From contig NC_087250.1 of assembly GCF_037042905.1 (NCBI RefSeq), positions 13,146,001 to 13,210,000 of the forward strand: a stretch of 64,000 nt of DNA, written 5' to 3'. The position numbers and the translations under genes are program-made. The notes under the pieces are model-generated. The model saw nothing but the letters and a program-made list of their open reading frames with translations. It was not told the DNA's origin and did not search any database. This document shows positions 58,406 to 64,000 of this stretch, one piece after another; within the stretch, counting starts at the first letter, position 1, and each line of letters starts with the position of its first letter. Source of the DNA: Lytechinus pictus. Its lineage: Eukaryota.

Positions 58406-61400
58406 GGGTCATTCTCAAAAAAATGTTACAATTCACAAAAAACGTGTCTCGACTATCTTATGGCCGCTAGCTTCACAACCCTGAACATTTTCTACAAAAA
58501 TATTATCAAGAAAATTACAATAATAGACTAGCTCCACAAAGCATATACGACCAGTGACTAATAAAGCTCTAATTTTATTACAAAAGCCTTTTATTTTTGC
58601 TTTTTGTTAGAATCGACGCTGTCTCGGGTCAGTTTTAGATTTTACTATCATTCTCTTTCCTAAGTAGTCTGTATTTCTTACCTACATTAATGTCTGGTGA
58701 GGGCAGCTTGGTGTAAACGTCCGACATACTGCGCTTATCCTAGTATTTGATGATCCCTTTGTGATTAATTTCACTTTTAACTTTGTCCCAAATTCATTTT
58801 AACCTCCGTAACGAATACTGCCACAACTTTTTTTCCCATTCAAACTGAATGATATTATATGATAATGTGTCTACAAGTAGAGTGATATTCATTAATAAAT
58901 AATTGATAGGGAATTATCATATGTGTTTCCTGTATTACAAGGAAATAAAGGACTATTCTTAAAAAATAAAATGTATGACTAAACAGCTTTAACATCCGTA
59001 ACGCACCTTAAGAAAATATGCACTTTGGCAGTTCTGTTAAGGATTCAGTATCTTATAGGATAAGAGACACCTTTCATAATAAATACAATTTTCAAAGGTA
59101 TGACTGTTAAATAAGGACCACGTTGGACCATAAAGCATAAAGACATTAACTTCCGTAACATTTTTTCTTGAATATGCTACAAATTTGTGCTATACTGAAT
59201 CACTCCGGATCATACAGATATAAATCATATAAGGTACCGTCCACCTACTTACCCATACAAATGATAGCTATTCATCCTTGTCAAATTATTATTACACACC
59301 TTATTTTTAACATCACTTTGAAAAGAGGGAAAATTGCCAGCGAAAACAATTTCCCGAGAATTATATATATTTAATGTTTTTAGAATTTTAAATAATACAT
59401 ACTACAAATTTTGAATATTGGCATCTTCTTTAGAACTTAAGATTTCTAATTTCCTTTGCTATATAAAGTGCATTAACTTCCGTAACAATTACTGTTACGG
59501 AAGTTAATACACTTCTTTGCTGTACTTTGCTAAGATTGATAGCACGATTCTAGTTCCAGAATAGGTGACATGGCTTTGTCTAATGCTGTAGTCGGCAGAA
59601 ATGATGTAGAGAAAGGGAAGAAGGAGAAACAATTAAGCTTTCATGGACAAGGAAAGAGACAGAAAAACTGTTTGCAATGACTCATGAGGAGGGTTAATGT
59701 ATCACCGATCAAAAATGTGAGCGCAAAGCGCGAGCTAAAACTTGTGAATAGTCTAACCTGAAAACTTGAAATTCTAGCATTTTTTGTAGAAATGATCAGG
59801 ATGTTATCTGAATAAACTATTAATGCGAGTACAAAGTGCTAGCTGATTTGTTTTTCGTATTCTGACCAAAAGCTTGACATTCTAAACACTCTTTGTACCA
59901 ATTACAACGATGGGTATCTTAATTGATGCGACTGTAAATTTTTTATATGTTGATCTGAAAACAATATTTTTTGGACGTTGTAATTTGAGAACAAGATATA
60001 TATCCAATAAACAATTATTGCAAATGTAAAACGCGCGCTTTTTTAGGTCTTTTTTAGGTCTGCAAATCTTTAAAATGGCATAACTTCGCTATTCCTTGTT
60101 CAATTTTGATCATATTTGCAGTATTTTGTTTGTCTGCTTATTATCTGTTCAGATCATATTTTTCAGCCTGGATGACCCCTTTAACGTGCATGAAAAGCGC
60201 TTGAATAATCGATATAGGCCTACTTACATGAAAACATGGAAAGGGGTATTTCAAACTCTCACGGTTTGTTGGAATTTATAAATGAAATACGTATTTCGAT
60301 AATCAAACATTTTGGCTATTCATCATTTTTTTAAATCACGAATAGAATGTGTAATTGCGTATCTCGATAAAACAAACTGATGAAAAAAAAATCGCGATTA
60401 GATCATATAGATAGCATTAATAATTTATGTATTTGTGAATTTTTAGCCTCTTGTTTCATTCACCTTACTTTTTTATTATTCATTTCCCCATGTCCTTTTT
60501 TAAATGTTTTTCCCTCTTTTTCTATCTTTTTTGGCTATTGGCAGGCGGCGGGATTCCTCGTAACCCAGAGAACTCATCCTGGTAACGGGACTGCGATTGT
60601 TATATTTTGTTTATTGCCAGAAACTTTAAAGATGAACTGTAATTCTGTTGCCCGGTTATTCGGTTTTTTCATTCCAACTTTGAACAAGAACGACAATAAA
60701 ATTACAGTTTCCGTTTCCTGTTTATGTTTTTTACATTTTTTTAGGGGGCGGGGTTGGCAAATTAAGCTATGCGTTCCACATTTATCTTTATTTATTAATA
60801 AAAGGTTATACGAATACCTAAATATGGATTTTCCTAAGCTAACAAATAAATACTGCAATTTGTAACTTCATTTAACTTCCGTAACGAAGATTGACAAGGG
60901 TAAATGCCACTCGAGGATTTGATGGTAAAGTATCTTTTGATTCCCAGCATTGGTCATGCATTGCTTAGGATCTCAGGTTATGGATGAAAGTTATTTTAAG
61001 GTTGCCTCATTCAAATTATGAACATTAAACTGAACGAAAGATGTGCAATGATTTTTATGGTTCTTTTTGTTAAATGTTATTTGGTAAAATCCTGCTTCTG
61101 AAAAAGAATATTGAATATTTTTTCTATCTTGCAAACATTTTTGCTTCAGTAAATAAAATTGTTGATACCACACTGAAACTTAATGGTGTGCATTTCTATT
61201 TCAATCATTTCAAAGGTGATTTAATTGAGTAACATAAGTGAACAATGCTAACGATTAACCTCCGTAACGTTGATATACAGTGCTTGAGTTAATCCGGTCA
61301 GTACTTCAAATTGACGCAACAGCGACATGCCCCTTTTCTGTTGCCACTTTCTCATACATGGTACTTTCACAATCTGTATTTTTCAATCCATTTTGTAGAT

Positions 61401-61455
61401 TTTATTTTTACGATTTTTCCTCCCATCAATTGTAGCATTTTTCTGAGAATGACCC
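58406..61455. mobile_element. ~3-kb non-autonomous TIR DNA element with repeated internal TTAAC(T/C/A)TCCGTAAC motifs
   Basis: AGTAA|GGGTCATTCTCAAAAAAATGTTACAATT ... AATTGTAGCATTTTTCTGAGAATGACCC|AGTAA; no long ORF. Confidence 0.8.
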
Positions 61456-61619
61456 AGTAAGCATATAAATTTATTTTACCTATTTTCATTTTTAAAGGAG
61501 AGGTCTGTTACATTTTTTTTTTCAGCATTTTACTCTTTTTGTGGAAACTAAAGAGATGAACAGTCGAAGTAATAATTCTTCTTTCAAAAAAATATATGTA
61601 TATAAGTATCACCGATTCT

Positions 61620-61873
61620 GTTCCTTTTTATGGTAACTTCAGTAAGAACTTGGCAGGACAGCATTTTGCTGGTAAATGCCACGCTGGTATATAACCAATT
61701 ACCTAGGATACATTTTACGTCTTGGTTTAATCAGTCAAAGTGGCTGACCTTGTAGACGACAGATATTACTCTCGGGTCTTTTTATCAAAGTGGAGACAAT
61801 GGCGGAGTGGGGATTCGAACTCACAACCTTGTGATTATGAGTCCAATGCTCTAATCACTGGACCACACGACCC
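61620..61873 (-). mobile_element. tRNA-derived SINE (second family)
   Basis: Minus strand gggtcgtgtggtccagtgattagagcattggactcataatcacaaggttgtgagttcgaatcccc (A and B boxes) followed by a non-tRNA body; 3' limit uncertain. Confidence 0.65.
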
Positions 61874-64000
61874 GTGGTCATGGTCATTTACAACAGTTTG
61901 TTATGGCAGATTTACTACGGTACATTCTCTTTGGCCCAAAGAAAGAAAAGTACATGGTCTGTTTAAAAAGAACCGTCTGTAAGTTGTAGCTGCTGAAGCT
62001 GGTTTTAAGCTTCAGTCACAACTCAGAGCGGCGACCGACCGATAAGTAGCCCGCTCGCGAAATTATTTTTCCCACCGCAGTTCTGGAAGCCAATATGAAT
62101 ATTCATGACTTGCGTCTTCGGAATAAGAGTACGCATGCGCGGGGACTTGCAAACTTAATTGTCAAATCAGTGGGCGTCGTTAGTGTTCACGTTGCCACGA
62201 ATGAACCTTCAATAGGCCTTATATTATCTTAGATATATATCTTATCAAACTGCCATTAATTACAAGAAAAATACTAGGCTAGGGCTAGCCTAGGCTAGGG
62301 CTATCTTAGGCTAGCGCATTTACTTTATCTCAAATCTGGACATGCCTAATGCCTTATGCCGACTAATGCCATTGTTTACAGTTGACAGTTTCTCTATGTT
62401 AGGAAGGCCAGCCAATATGTACTTCAAATGAAGCAATCAACATAGAATTCAATTACTACTATCACTCCTATCCTGTTGGAAAATATATTTCCTTATTCAT
62501 TTTATAAAAGAACAAAATAAACAAGTACTTTCAAACTTGTGAGATATCATCATTATGACAAGTATAAATTCAAACTTATCTTGGCTATCAACCTTCCGAT
62601 GATAAATATTTGTTCAATAAAATATGTATACTATACTAAACTAAATTAAACATATTGTCAACAATTACTACTAAGTTCTAATTCAATCACATACATATCT
62701 TAATTTAGCAAAACATTAAACAATCACTCATTTACATCAAATACAATTGTCTGAAAAATCTCTGTCTGATAAGTTGGTCAGTAGGTCACAGCATACTTTA
62801 GTGGTCTCGATGGGATTTAAAGGTCACAGGGCAATTCTCAGTAATGGTCATTTATGTCATTAATGTCATTTTACCTGTCACCTAGTCTGAATATTGTAAT
62901 AAAACAGATGGATTGGGGTACATCTTGCCTTGTATTGAGGATTAGTTTTTATAAAGGTCTGTTCACACTTGTAAGATTTCAGACAATAGTGATGTCACCA
63001 AAGTAGTTTCTAAACACTCCACAACAATATTATATAAATCGATCAATTTGTGAGCGGTGGGCGTCCTCATCATAGTGAAATGTGCCTTTATTTTCATTTC
63101 AAATTCCGAAGTATATTTATGTCATAGGATTACGCACCAAATCTCCTATATGAGTTTCACTCCTAATTTGCTCTGATAATGTCTTAATGGTCATTTTCAA
63201 GTACATTCAAACCTGATTTGAATTCATGCTATACACAAAGCGGCGAAATACTAAAAGAAAATAATAAAAACCAAAATAAAATGGTATTTCTTGACACACA
63301 AGGCCTATGTGTAGTCCAGTATCATTCATCACTGGAAAATGCTTTGCTTTACATGTTAATGTTTACCAAGTAAACATCATCATGATTTTTGATTGAAATA
63401 TAAAACGTTCTTGCTTCATAATATCATCTACCTTGATTACATCACATCCAAATGTTGTTTGAGAAATAATGAAATATCACATGTTACGTTAACTAAGTTA
63501 ATCCTTATCTAGCTCAATATTCTTTGGAACTGTCAGTGTCAATGACTTTAGTCATAACGGTGGTTTAATTTTCATCATGGTCAATTTTAAATCATAATTA
63601 AGAATCTGGTTAGAGTCAGTGTTTGTCAAATATTTTGAATGTTGCTATTCCCAATGTATATAAAGAAAATGGTTTCACTTACCGATCAGAGATGAAGAAG
63701 ATGTCTTCAAAGAATGATTAAAATTTGGTATAATGAATAGCACAATTAAAGTAATGTCCAGTGTTATTATATATTCAGGGGAAGAGTCAAAGTAATTCAT
63801 TCTATAGTTCAGGATTTATGTTGTTGTAGTGGTGATCTGCGTCTTTGGCGATGGCGTCCGGTAATGGCGTCTTGTCATGCTTTCAGTTAATGTCATTTTC
63901 ATTGATGTCCTTGTCCCAATGTCCCTCCGTCTGTATCGTCCGTCTGTTCATCCGTCTTTGTCTTCCGTCTGTGTCTTTCTGTAGTGCGGTAATTGTAGTC

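Overview
AT-rich animal genomic DNA. Spliceosomal introns, tRNA-derived SINEs and TTAA- and 8-bp-TSD MITEs suggest an echinoderm such as a sea urchin (inference). The first 40.6 kb hold one 20-exon + strand gene (2835-40559). I assembled it by hand; all 19 introns are GT-AG with matching phases. It encodes a ~1960-aa type I membrane protein: signal peptide, ~700-aa acidic (GDQT)n repeat region, PKD1/REJ-type module, RKKR furin site, degenerate GPS motif, poly-Asp linker, one TM helix and a 16-aa tail, i.e. a single-pass polycystin-1/REJ-family receptor. Exon 1 carries a 1-nt frameshift at ~4647. The exon-6 splice donor is amplified as an 82-bp minisatellite. Introns and the downstream region are dense in mobile DNA: a CR1/L2-type LINE ORF2 nested in a MITE, a 6.2-kb PHD-ORF1 LINE nested in a SINE (AUG-less ORF2 with a candidate -1 slippery site), a 2-kb TTAA foldback element with two P-element-like excision footprints at its centre, a 3-kb TIR element and many MITEs. 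No CRISPR array or prokaryotic system is present. All coordinates and counts were read by hand; no database searches were run.
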